Shown piece after piece: positions 53,701 through 62,544 of a stretch of 64,000 nucleotides of DNA. Source of the DNA: an uncultured Fibrobacterota bacterium. Lineage in GTDB: Bacteria; Fibrobacterota; Chitinivibrionia; Chitinivibrionales; FEN-1185. The translations under genes were made by a program, and so were the position numbers. How positions within the stretch are numbered: position 1 is the first letter of the stretch; each line of letters starts with the position of its first letter. The notes under the pieces were generated by a model. The model worked only from the letters and a program-made list of their open reading frames with translations. It was not told the DNA's origin and ran no database searches. The DNA lies in contig CAVWBU010000015.1 of NCBI GenBank assembly GCA_963753345.1, positions 64,001-128,000 of the forward strand. The letters run 5' to 3'.

Positions 53701-54357
53701 CGTGCCGCGGAGCGTGGGATGGTCGGGCGACATGCCGCGGCTGCGGAATGCGCGGATGTCCTCCTCGTCGATCATGGCGCGCATGTCGTCGAACGTGAGT
53801 TCTTCGATCTTCTGCACTTCATGCGAGGTGCGGAAACCGTCGTAAAAATGAAGGAACGGGATGCGCGATTTGAGCGTGGAGGACTGGGCGATAAGTGCGA
53901 AGTCCATTGCTTCCTGCACCGAATTGGAGCATATGAGCGCAAACCCGGTCTGCCGGGTGGCCATCACGTCGCTGTGGTCGCCGAAAATATTCAATGCCTG
54001 GCAGGCGAGTGCGCGCGCGGTAACGTGGAAGGCGGTGGGCATGAGCTCGCCGGCGATCTTGAACATGGTCGGGATCATCAGGAGAAGTCCCTGCGACGCG
54101 GTGAAGGTCGTGGTGAGCGTGCCGGTGCACAGGGAACCATGCACCGCGCCGGCCGCGCCCGCTTCGGACTGGAGCTGGGCAACGGTGGGAATTGTCCCCC
54201 AGATGTTCTTTTCGCCCTTTGCCGATTTTTCATCCGCTATTTCGCCCAAACCCGACGAGGGAGTAATGGGGTAGATGGCGATCACTTCGTTTACCGCATG
54301 CGCCACATGCGCGCAGGCGGTGTTGCCTTCGTGGGGGACCATTTTCCGTTGTGCCAT
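50800..54357 (-). CDS. nifJ: Pyruvate:ferredoxin (flavodoxin) oxidoreductase
   Basis: YPITPSS, GLGSDGTVG, two CxxCxxCxxxCP motifs, ACAGCGETPY and GGDGWAYDIG. Confidence 0.97.
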   Translation of the reverse strand: MAQRKMVPHEGNTACAHVAHAVNEVIAIYPITPSSGLGEIADEKSAKGEKNIWGTIPTVAQLQSEAGAAGAVHGSLCTGTLTTTFTASQGLLLMIPTMFKIAGELMPTAFHVTARALACQALNIFGDHSDVMATRQTGFALICSNSVQEAMDFALIAQSSTLKSRIPFLHFYDGFRTSHEVQKIEELTFDDMRAMIDEEDIRAFRSRGMSPDHPTLRGTSQNPDVYFTGRETVNKFYAACPGIVQAAMDKFAKLTGRQYRLFDYEGAKDADRVIIIMGSGGETVQDTVEYLNAKGAKTGVLKVHLFRPFDAKAFVNALPGTVQKIAVLDRTKEPGSLGEPLYEDVRTALGEAMSEGTSALKQYPKIIGGRYGLGSAEFTPAMVKGIFDELAKDKPKNHFMVGPDDDVMGASIAFDGNFSVEDKETHRALFFGLGSDGTVGANKNSIKIIGEQTPNFAQGYFVYDSKKAGAVTVSHLRFGPKPIRRPYLITKANFIACHNYSFLEKYDMLGFLEEGGVFLLTSEYDATTIWSKLPGRVQQQIIDKKAQFFVIDAVGIAQGLGLGGRINVIMQTAFFRISKVMDDIKAIKSIKYAIEKSYGKKGEKVLQMNNAAVDKAQSEINKVEYPDKVTNPVEEIKPVPDNAPAFVKEVIGTLLKQMGHTVKVSQMPADGIWPTATTQYEKRNIALNVPVWNPAVCIQCHRCSLLCPHATIRPKAYDPKHLAGAPATFKSVDAKGKEYAGLKYTMQVAVEDCTGCGVCVQNCPMTGKGDAIIMKPQTPLREAEAKNWEFFLKIPETDAKLFKTDTMKGSQFVRPLFEFSSACAGCGETPYIKLVSQLFGDRAIIANATGCSSIYGGNLPTTPYAKRADGRGPAWNNSLFEDPAEVAFGMRLAVDKFNDIAAMNAKKMIETGSCGPEIKTLLGEILGADQSDAEKIETQRTRIDRAKAGLAKDKSDDAKALLSVIDFLAKKSVWAFGGDGWAYDIGYGGLDHVLASNRNVKLMVLDTEVYSNTGGQASKATPMGAVAKFAAGGKPTFKKDMGLIAMSYGYIFIAKVALGANPQQAVKAFMEAETYEGPALVLCYAQCINQGIDMLDGYQEQKNAVASGHWPLYRYNPALAAAGKNPLQLDSKDPTMPLVDYTMRENRYKILQRTNPEASGKFMEMAQKNVNAKYAMLKKMAETQM

Positions 54358-54476
54358 GGGAAGCTCCTGCTATGGTTATTAATTTATGTATGATGTGAAT
54401 TGTTGGCGGAAGTATTTTTGAAAACGTGATAAAATACATGAAAGCGGGATAAAGAGCCTAAGAGGAGAGTATTTAA

Positions 54477-54916
54477 GTGGGGGGAGGTACAGCCTGTCTC
54501 AAAACTCAAGAGAAGATCTGGGCGCCCCGCCGAAGACGGCGTCGGTTCTCCTTCCGGTCTCGGCTAAGGCCTCGGGTTGCCGACGGCCCTAGTCGCCCAC
54601 AGGCGAGGGTCGGGCGGCATCGCGCTCTGGCGCGACCTCCAGTCGCCCCTGGCGCGTGCGCAGACGACCGGAGCTTGATTGAATATTTGCAACTGTTTTT
54701 AGGTAGGATAGTTGACAAAAGCGAATGCACCTTAATTCGCTATCGCCGCGAAGCGGCATACCGCAGAGGTTGCGTTGCGAAGGGGCGACGCCGCGCGAGC
54801 GCAAGTCGAGCGCACCAGACGCGCCCCTTTGCTGGAGGGGGTGTGCCCCGAGACCCCGCAGACCGCAGGGCGAGGAGGCTTGGGGCCAGGGGGAAACGCG
54901 AAGCGGTGCCCCCACC
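54477..54916. repeat. Mosaic: D tail 54477-54519, A(-) 54520-54661, C(+) 54711-54916
   Basis: Same architecture as 18451-18863. Confidence 0.9.
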
Positions 54917-54948
54917 GGAACCTGTATAATTAATGACAAAATACAGAA

Positions 54949-55884
54949 TTATGAAAGGTCTTGCTTAGTCGGCAAAGAATCTATCATCCCGCCTTTGATC
55001 CCCTTGAAAAGGGCAACATTGTTCGCGAATTGCGCGGCGGTAAAGGGGTCGAACCCGCGGGCAATGCTGTGTAGGAACCCGCCGTTGAACGCGCTGCCGA
55101 TGAGGGTGAGGTCGGCAACGGGTCCTTTACCGGCGGGAATAGGGAACTCCTCGATTTTTCCCTGATAGCCCACGAGGCAGCCCTTGTCGCCGTTCTTGAC
55201 GGCCACGATTGAAACCCCGCGGTCCCACAGAAACCCGATGACGTCGAGCGGGCGCTCGTAGCCGAACAGGGCCTTGGATTCGTCGGGCGCGGAGGGAAGC
55301 ATCACGTCGACAAGGGGGAGCACGCTCCAGAGACATTCCTTGGCGTCGTCGAGCGACCAGAGACGGAGCCGGAGGTTGGGATCGTACGCAACCATGATGT
55401 CGTTGATATGCGCGAGATGGAACGCCTTGAACACGGTGTGGCGGGCGGCCTTTGATACCGACTGGAGCTCGCTTGACGCATACACGATCTTGCTGTTTTC
55501 GATGAGGTCGTCGTAGACAAGCGCCGGGGTGATGGACTGGGCCGCGCTCCCGGGACGGTGGAACAGGTACTCCCGCTCGTCGGTGTTGCGCGGGTTGGTG
55601 AGGTAGACGCCGTTGTATCCCTGGCAGGTGATGGTGTGGTCGATGTTGATGCCCTGACCCACGAGCGCCTCGCGCGCGAACGAATGGAACGGGTCGCACG
55701 CGATCGCCGACACCAGCGACACGGCCGACCCGAGGCGCGCCGCAGCGACCGCGGTGATGATGTCGGCCCCGCCGATTGATTTACGGTAACGGTCCGCGAG
55801 GGCGATGTCGCCGTCGCACCGCATCTCGACGAACGTTTCGCCGATCACGAGAAGGTCGAAATCGCGGACATAGGCAGGTTTCAT
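54949..55884 (-). CDS. PfkB-family sugar kinase (KdgK-like)
   Basis: IGGA...AARLG, YDPNLR and VKNGDKG motifs; C-terminal DLTLIGSAFNGGFL is a degenerate DTTGAGD. Confidence 0.8.
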   Translation of the reverse strand: MKPAYVRDFDLLVIGETFVEMRCDGDIALADRYRKSIGGADIITAVAAARLGSAVSLVSAIACDPFHSFAREALVGQGINIDHTITCQGYNGVYLTNPRNTDEREYLFHRPGSAAQSITPALVYDDLIENSKIVYASSELQSVSKAARHTVFKAFHLAHINDIMVAYDPNLRLRLWSLDDAKECLWSVLPLVDVMLPSAPDESKALFGYERPLDVIGFLWDRGVSIVAVKNGDKGCLVGYQGKIEEFPIPAGKGPVADLTLIGSAFNGGFLHSIARGFDPFTAAQFANNVALFKGIKGGMIDSLPTKQDLS

Positions 55885-55994
55885 GGAAAAATTCCAACGT
55901 TCAAATTCAAGACTTCGGTGCTGGAATTGGAGGAGCTTGGACCGTTGCTGTTAAAGTTCCCACTCTCAACTTTCAACTCTTAACCTTCAACTTC

Positions 55995-56339
55995 CTAAAA
56001 CGGCGATTCCATCAGGCACCGCAACGGATCGCGCTTGTCGGAGGAGACTTCCGAGAACTCCACGCCGATCATGTGCTGTTCGCCGATCCGGCATGTCCAT
56101 GCCACTTTCCCTTTGCACCTGGTGGTGCCGAACTGGTTGTTGACTTCTATCAAGAGCTCGGCGCCCTGCGGAATTTCGAGGTGAGGTGTTTCGCCGCCCA
56201 CGGTGAAACGCGCGCCGATTTCCGAGAAGTCAAGCATCGACGCCGGATACCTGGTTCCGTGCACCACGACGGAGGAGGGACACGACACCCTGAGGGCTTT
56301 TCGTCCGGCCCTGCGGCGTTCGGCGTCCTTTGTTTTCAC
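55995..56339 (-). CDS. PilZ-domain protein
   Basis: ERRRAGR, DFSEIG and IGVEF motifs. Confidence 0.78.
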   Translation of the reverse strand: MKTKDAERRRAGRKALRVSCPSSVVVHGTRYPASMLDFSEIGARFTVGGETPHLEIPQGAELLIEVNNQFGTTRCKGKVAWTCRIGEQHMIGVEFSEVSSDKRDPLRCLMESPF

Positions 56340-56363
56340 GGTGCGCGTCCGATCCGTACGGCG

Positions 56364-57338
56364 TCATGCCGCCACAGGTGCGGCGGGTTCTGTTGCCAAT
56401 GTCGCATCCACAAACCGGCTCACGAGACGGTCGATGTCGTCCTTCCGCGCCAGCGAGCGAAGCCACTCGTCGGGCACCGATTCGAGACCGTGCGCGATGC
56501 CGGCAAGGCCGCCCGCCACCATGCCCGTGGTGTCGGTGTCGAGGCCGAGGTTGACGGCCGCGAGGAGGATTTCCTTCGTGCTGTGGTATCTGAGCGTGCA
56601 CCACAGGGCCGCCTCCAGCGTGTCGACGATGTATCCCGAGGAGCGGATTTCACTTTCGGCAAGGCCGGGCAGCTCGTGCGAAATGATGCGCATGAAATGC
56701 GGCAGCTCGTTCTTAAAAATCGGATCGTGCGAATAAAAATCGAGGGCCTGCGCCACGGCGCTTTTGTATGCCGCCTCTTTGTCGGGCGTGCCGAGCAGTT
56801 CCCTTACGTAAAGGCAATAAAAACCGCACCCCATTTTGGACCGCGGGTGCGCATGCGTTATCGCCGAGATTTCGTGTGCTCGCGCAAGCAGGTCGGCGGT
56901 GGAACGGGTGCGGAAGTGCATCGCCACGGGGAGCATGCGCATGAGGGAGCCGTTGCCGTTGTCGTCTTCGGAGCGGCCGCCCGAGGCTGCGGCGCTCGCG
57001 CCGCCGTTTTTGATCCTGTCAAGGGCGAGATAGGTGGTGAGTCCCGCATCGAACACGAACCCCGTGGCGGTCCAGTACGATTCGAAAAGCCATTGTGAGA
57101 AAAGCTTGCCCATGGATTCGAGGTCATAGCCGTTCACCATGGTTTCCATGGTACACAGGACAAGAGCCGCGTCATCGGACCAGGTTCCTTCCGGCTGGTC
57201 GTAGCGGCCGTACCCGAGCATGTTCTTGACGGAGCAGAGCGCAAGCTGCTGCCTGGTCGACGATTCCACGGGAACGCCGAGCGCGTCGCCGATGATGCCG
57301 GCGAGGAGTGCGGATTTCATTTTTTCGCGGAGATTCAT
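56364..57338 (-). CDS. ADP-ribosylglycohydrolase (DraG/ARH family)
   Basis: GDALGVPVE, WSDD, NGNGSLMR and DTDT motifs. Confidence 0.93.
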   Translation of the reverse strand: MNLREKMKSALLAGIIGDALGVPVESSTRQQLALCSVKNMLGYGRYDQPEGTWSDDAALVLCTMETMVNGYDLESMGKLFSQWLFESYWTATGFVFDAGLTTYLALDRIKNGGASAAASGGRSEDDNGNGSLMRMLPVAMHFRTRSTADLLARAHEISAITHAHPRSKMGCGFYCLYVRELLGTPDKEAAYKSAVAQALDFYSHDPIFKNELPHFMRIISHELPGLAESEIRSSGYIVDTLEAALWCTLRYHSTKEILLAAVNLGLDTDTTGMVAGGLAGIAHGLESVPDEWLRSLARKDDIDRLVSRFVDATLATEPAAPVAA

Positions 57339-57600
57339 GGGCGACAGTTAAAATAACATTTAATGGAAACGCCGAACTACTCTTTTTTGAGAATGGAGAT
57401 CGCAAAGGCGGTGTCTGTGCGCTCCGGAATTCAATGCGGTGATGCGTCGCGGGTGGAAATCGTCCCGTCGGGCTTGTGCCGGTTCACCGCCGCGGGCTTT
57501 GACATGGATAAGAGCAACAACATATATTTGGACATTCCGGAATTGAAGAACCCCGCAACCAGCTTCGAGAAGTCGCTCGCTGTGGGATTCGCCCTGAGCA

Positions 57601-58284
57601 ATGCCGCACCCCGAAAAACACCTTGTTATCGCCATCGACGGCCCGGCCGGTTCAGGCAAGAGCTCGACCGCGAAGCTCGTGGCGCAGCGTCTGGGCATAC
57701 TCCATCTTGACACGGGCGCGATGTACAGGGCCGTGACCCTCAAGTGTCTGAGACGCGGCATACCGCACGGCGACCACGGCGCGATTGCCGAGCTTGTGAG
57801 TAACACCGGGATCTCATTCACCGGCGCGCCTGCCGCGATGCGCGTGCTGATGGACGGCGAGGACGTGACAAGCGCGATCCGCAGCGACGAGGTTACCAAG
57901 AACGTTTCGGACTACTGCACCGTGCCGGCGGTGAGGAAGGTGCTGGTGGACCTTCAGCGGAAGATCGGCAAAGGCGGGTCTCTTGTTTGTGAAGGACGCG
58001 ACATCGGCACCGTCGTTTTTCCGAAGGCGCGCCTGAAGTTCTTTATGGTCGCGTCCGACGAGGAGCGGGCCAGAAGACGTCAAAAAGACTTCGCGGCGAT
58101 GGGAATAAAGAAAAGTCTTGATGAGCTTGTTGACGAAATCCGCGCGCGCGACCACAAGGATTCGAGCAGGGAGAACAGCCCACTGTGCAAGGCGGATGAT
58201 GCAGAAGAAATAGACACGACGAATATGACGCTAGACCAACAGGTGAAATACATAGTTGACAAGGCAAGAAAATTGATTGAGTAA
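57601..58284 (+). CDS. cmk: Cytidylate kinase (possible N-terminal extension from 57363)
   Basis: IAIDGPAGSGKS, LDTGAMYRA and EGRDIGTVVFP motifs. Confidence 0.95.
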   Translation: MPHPEKHLVIAIDGPAGSGKSSTAKLVAQRLGILHLDTGAMYRAVTLKCLRRGIPHGDHGAIAELVSNTGISFTGAPAAMRVLMDGEDVTSAIRSDEVTKNVSDYCTVPAVRKVLVDLQRKIGKGGSLVCEGRDIGTVVFPKARLKFFMVASDEERARRRQKDFAAMGIKKSLDELVDEIRARDHKDSSRENSPLCKADDAEEIDTTNMTLDQQVKYIVDKARKLIE

Positions 58285-58301
58285 AAACAGCAGTAGTTAT
58301 T

Positions 58302-58480
58302 TTGCGCAAAAAATGTTTCTTGACTGAATAGAGTTCCGTTTGCGCGCGTTAGGCGGACTGGAGTGGTGCGCTGGAGCGCAGTACCGCCTGATCCCTAGCC
58401 GAAGGCGGTAGGGACAGAGCGGTACCGAGGCCTTGGCCGAGCCCGGAAGGAGGCCGACCCCGCGAAGCGGGGGAACGCCC
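58302..58480 (+). repeat. Linker fragment plus A(+) 58342-58480, inside the cmk-rpsA spacer
   Basis: ttgactgaatagagttcc...gcgcgcgttaggcgg...ccccgcgaagcgggggaacgccc. Confidence 0.9.
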
Positions 58481-58557
58481 ATGATTATTTTTTTCAGAAT
58501 TTTCATGTTTCTTTAATCATAATCCATTAACCTTAACCCAGTTTTTCAGGAGTATGT

Positions 58558-60399
58558 ATGTCCGAGTCCGAAGCAAAGGCAAAGAAGTCCCTGTCGGCCG
58601 TTGACGCGCAGGGGAACGCCGTCGATCTTTCCGATTTCGAGGAAACGTACTACCAGGCCGACCAGGTCCAGAACACCCTCGAACAGTACAAGGAATCGCT
58701 CGAGGGAATCGAGGAGGGCAAGGTCGTCAAGGGCCGCATCCTCAAGATCACCGAAAAGGAAGTTTTCGTCGATGTCAATTTCAAGTCCGAAGGCATCATC
58801 CCGCTTGCCGAATTCAAGGACGTCGCATCATACAAGGAAGGGGACGAAATCGATGTCTTCCTGGAACAGGTGGAAGACAGCGAGGGCCAGCTTATTCTGT
58901 CCAAGTCGCGCGCCGATTTCCTGCGCGTGTGGGACCGCATATACCAGGCATTCGAGAAACAGGAGACCGTGGAAGGCCGCATCCTTCGCAGGATCAAGGG
59001 CGGCGTGGTGGTGGATCTGTTCGGTGTGGACGCGTTTTTGCCGGGTTCGCAGATCGACCTCCGCCAGATCCCCGACATGGACTCCCTTATCAACAAGACG
59101 TTTAAATTCCGGGTCATCAAGGTCAACAAGGCCCGCCGTAACATCGTGGTGTCGCGCCGCGTGATCCTCGAAGAGGACCGCAACCAGCAGCGCGAGAAGA
59201 TCCTTGCCGAACTGGAAAAGGGTCAGATCCGCGACGGCACGGTGAAGAACATCACCGACTTCGGCGCATTTATCGATCTCGGCGGCGTGGACGGACTGCT
59301 CCACATCACCGACATGTCGTGGGGCCGCGTGAACCACCCGTCCGAAATCGTGGCTCTCGGTGACAAGGTGAAGGTGAAGGTGCTCGACTTCAACGAGAAC
59401 AAGGAGCGCATTTCGCTCGGTCTCAAACAGCTCACCGAGCATCCATGGAAGGGCATCGAGGATAAGTTTCCCGAAGGCGCGCGCGTGCGCGGCAAGATCG
59501 TTTCCATCACCGACTACGGCGCGTTCATGGAGCTCGAAAAGGGAATCGAGGGCCTCATCCATATTTCCGAAATGTCGTGGACCCAGCACATCAAGCACCC
59601 GTCCAAGATCGTGGGCATCGGCGACATCGTGGAGGCCGTGGTGCTCAAGGTCGACAAGGAGAACCAGAAGATTTCCCTCGGGTTCAAGCAGCTCGAGCCC
59701 GATCCGTGGACGAACGTCATCACCGAGTTCCCCGTGGGCACCGTGGTGAAGGGCAAGGTGCGCAACATCGCCGCATTCGGCGCTTTTGTCGAGCTCAAGG
59801 AGGGCGTGGACGGCCTGGTGCACATTTCCGACATGTCGTGGACCAAGAAGGTGAACCATCCCGGCGAGCTCCTTCGCAAAGGCGACACGATCGAGGTGAA
59901 GGTGCTCGACATCGACGTTGACAAGCGCAGGATTTCCCTCGGCGTCAAGCAGCTTACCGAAGACCCGTGGGGCGACCTTGCCAAAGAGTACTCCGTGGGC
60001 ACCGAAATGGAGGGCGAAGTGGCCCGCATCCTCGACCGCGGCATGATTGTGAACCTCTCGGCGACCGTGGAGGGGTTCGTGCCGCTCAACCAGCTCGGCC
60101 AGAGCGTCAACCACCCGTCGGAGGTGTACAAGGTGGGCGACAAGGTTCCGGTCGAGGTTGTGGAATTCGACATGGAGGGCAGGAAGATCATCCTGAGCAT
60201 CGCCGAATACTTCAAGGACAAGGACGAGAATCTGTGGAAGGAATACGAGGCCGCGCACGTGCCGAGGAAGTTGACAAAGGCCGAAAAGGCCGAGGGTCAT
60301 TCCAAGGGTGAAGAGGCGGAGAAGCCGGAAAAGAAGCCCAAGGAAAAGGCGGCACCGGAAGAGAGCGCCGAGAATGCGGAAAAAACGGAAGGGGCTTAA
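58558..60399 (+). CDS. rpsA: 30S ribosomal protein S1
   Basis: Six S1 repeats (FGAFIDLGGVDGLLHITDMSW and similar); AGGAG RBS. Confidence 0.97.
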   Translation: MSESEAKAKKSLSAVDAQGNAVDLSDFEETYYQADQVQNTLEQYKESLEGIEEGKVVKGRILKITEKEVFVDVNFKSEGIIPLAEFKDVASYKEGDEIDVFLEQVEDSEGQLILSKSRADFLRVWDRIYQAFEKQETVEGRILRRIKGGVVVDLFGVDAFLPGSQIDLRQIPDMDSLINKTFKFRVIKVNKARRNIVVSRRVILEEDRNQQREKILAELEKGQIRDGTVKNITDFGAFIDLGGVDGLLHITDMSWGRVNHPSEIVALGDKVKVKVLDFNENKERISLGLKQLTEHPWKGIEDKFPEGARVRGKIVSITDYGAFMELEKGIEGLIHISEMSWTQHIKHPSKIVGIGDIVEAVVLKVDKENQKISLGFKQLEPDPWTNVITEFPVGTVVKGKVRNIAAFGAFVELKEGVDGLVHISDMSWTKKVNHPGELLRKGDTIEVKVLDIDVDKRRISLGVKQLTEDPWGDLAKEYSVGTEMEGEVARILDRGMIVNLSATVEGFVPLNQLGQSVNHPSEVYKVGDKVPVEVVEFDMEGRKIILSIAEYFKDKDENLWKEYEAAHVPRKLTKAEKAEGHSKGEEAEKPEKKPKEKAAPEESAENAEKTEGA

Positions 60400-60441
60400 G
60401 GATAAAATTGGGGTAACGGTTGCCGATAACCGACAACAATG

Positions 60442-60473
60442 AACGGCTGCGAATTACCGCAGCCGTTTTTTTT
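60442..60473 (+). terminator. Intrinsic terminator of rpsA
   Basis: aacggctgcg/cgcagccgtt stem followed by a T-run. Confidence 0.8.
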
Positions 60474-60549
60474 GTTTCGAGCGTTGATGCGGCTCCAATC
60501 AAAGAGCGTACAGCAGTGAAGGTGTATGTCTCTCGTTCCGGATGGATTT

Positions 60550-61641
60550 CTAGGGCACAAGGTGCCTGAACGCGCCGTCCCGTGCTCCCACCACGTAAAC
60601 GCCGGACGGAAGGCGCGCCAGGGCAGCGGAAAGGGACGAGTGTGCCGGAACGTCAAGCGCACAGGCAAGTCTGCCGTCCAGATGATAAAGACGCAGGCGC
60701 CCATTGACAATACGCGAAGCAGCATGCACGGCGGGCGTCTGGACCTGCAGACCGATATCCGATGCGGAAACAAACACCGGGGCGGCGACGAGAATATCGT
60801 CGCTGGTCGCGCTCACGCCCAGGGAAACTTTGTACGCGCCCGTGTCTTTTGCAATGAGCACCTGGCCGGTGCCCCCCGAAACAGCAGCCACCGGAATTCC
60901 CTGACAGTACCATTGGTACAGCGACGCTCCAGCCGGCGCCTCAAGCCTGTTCTTCTGCTTAACGATCTTGAGCGTGTCGCCCATGAGCATCCCGTACACT
61001 TTCTGGGCCAATTTCAGGTAGCCGGCGGCGGTCGGATGAATGCCGTCTGCAAACAGACCGGGTTGGCCGCTCATCCAGGTGAAAAGATCAATGAGCGGGA
61101 TTCCTTTTGCGAGAGCAACGGTCTTGATTTTCGGCAAAATCTGGTAGTGAATCACCATGCTGTCGATAAAAAGGATCGAGCTATACGCGGGCAGCGGATA
61201 GCATGCCCACACCTTGGGGTTGGAAGAAATGGCGGCGAACGTGTCGACCATTGCCTCGTAATCGCCCACGAATTCGTCCTGGTGGGACGGCCAGTTGTCA
61301 ACCCCGCCGCTCGACTTTGAATCGTTGGTGCCGAGTTCGATGATCACGATTTTCGGCAGAAAGGCCATGGCGGCGGCAAATTCCGTGACGCCGAATGTCC
61401 AGTAGGGCTTGTTGCCGTTCTTGAGCATGGTGGCGCCGGCAACCCCGCAGTTGAGCACGTTGTATCCGGGACCAAGCATCTGCCCGAGCCGCGCCGGATA
61501 GCTCGCGGTGTCGCGGCCGGCCAGCCCGGTGCCGTCGGTTATGCTGTTGCCCACGCACGAGACATGGATGGTGTCGGCCGCGTGGGCGGAAAAGCCGGCG
61601 CAGAAGAAAAGAAAGGTGAGCGCAATAGCGAAGGTTTTCAT
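60550..61641 (-). CDS. Secreted SGNH/GDSL esterase with T9SS-like tail
   Basis: Signal peptide; GNSIT, LGTND and DGIHP blocks; C-terminal YHLDGR...SGVYVV. Confidence 0.88.
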   Translation of the reverse strand: MKTFAIALTFLFFCAGFSAHAADTIHVSCVGNSITDGTGLAGRDTASYPARLGQMLGPGYNVLNCGVAGATMLKNGNKPYWTFGVTEFAAAMAFLPKIVIIELGTNDSKSSGGVDNWPSHQDEFVGDYEAMVDTFAAISSNPKVWACYPLPAYSSILFIDSMVIHYQILPKIKTVALAKGIPLIDLFTWMSGQPGLFADGIHPTAAGYLKLAQKVYGMLMGDTLKIVKQKNRLEAPAGASLYQWYCQGIPVAAVSGGTGQVLIAKDTGAYKVSLGVSATSDDILVAAPVFVSASDIGLQVQTPAVHAASRIVNGRLRLYHLDGRLACALDVPAHSSLSAALARLPSGVYVVGARDGAFRHLVP

Positions 61642-61863
61642 AGACGAGTTACCTTGTAAATAGTATAACAAGAAACCGGCTTGGGTGCATGAGATTTTTT
61701 CTATGCCTTGGCTGAGCTTGATATTTTTTTCAAAGGAAAGGGGAACGCCCAATTTTTTTATTATTCTTTTATCCTTCTCTCGTACTTCCTCATAATTCCC
61801 TAACCAAGAAATACTATTTTAGAAAGCTCGCCAACCATGCACTGTCATCGATCGGAGGCGTTT

Positions 61864-62541
61864 GTGAACATCATCGAAACGCGCGCGCTCACCAAGGACT
61901 ACCCCTTGGGGAACACCACGGTGCACGCTTTGCGGGGGATAGACCTTGCCATCGAGAAAGGCGATTTCCTCAGCATCGTGGGCCCGTCGGGAAGCGGCAA
62001 GACCACGCTGCTCAACATCATCGGCTGCATCGATTTTGCCACGAAAGGCAGCGTGCGCGTGGGCGACCGGGAGATCACGTCGCTTGACGACCGGCAAATC
62101 ACCGACATGCGGCTGCACAAGATCGGATTTATCTTCCAGACGTTCAACCTGATTCCGGTGCTCAATGCCCTCGAAAATGTGGAGTTTCCGCTCCTTCTCA
62201 TGAAGAACCGTTCAAAGGCAGACGTAAAGAAGAAAGCCGAAACGCTGCTTGACGAAGTGGGACTCAAGGACTATGGTAGGCACAAGCCCGCCGAACTTTC
62301 GGGCGGCCAGCGCCAGCGGGTCGCCATCGCGCGCGCGCTCGTGACCAATCCGGACATCGTCCTTGCCGACGAGCCCACGGCCAACCTCGACTCGGTGACC
62401 GGCGCCTCGATCCTCGACGCGATGCGGGAAATGAACAAACGGGAGCACACCACCTTCATCTTCTCAACGCACGACGCGAACGTGCTCAAATACGCAAGCC
62501 ACGTGATAAAAATCAAGGACGGCTGCATAAGCAGGGACTAG
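61864..62541 (+). CDS. ABC transporter ATP-binding protein (LolD/MacB-like)
   Basis: GTG start after GGAGG; GPSGSGKT, LSGGQRQR and ADEPT motifs. Confidence 0.93.
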   Translation: MNIIETRALTKDYPLGNTTVHALRGIDLAIEKGDFLSIVGPSGSGKTTLLNIIGCIDFATKGSVRVGDREITSLDDRQITDMRLHKIGFIFQTFNLIPVLNALENVEFPLLLMKNRSKADVKKKAETLLDEVGLKDYGRHKPAELSGGQRQRVAIARALVTNPDIVLADEPTANLDSVTGASILDAMREMNKREHTTFIFSTHDANVLKYASHVIKIKDGCISRD

Positions 62542-62544
62542 GGA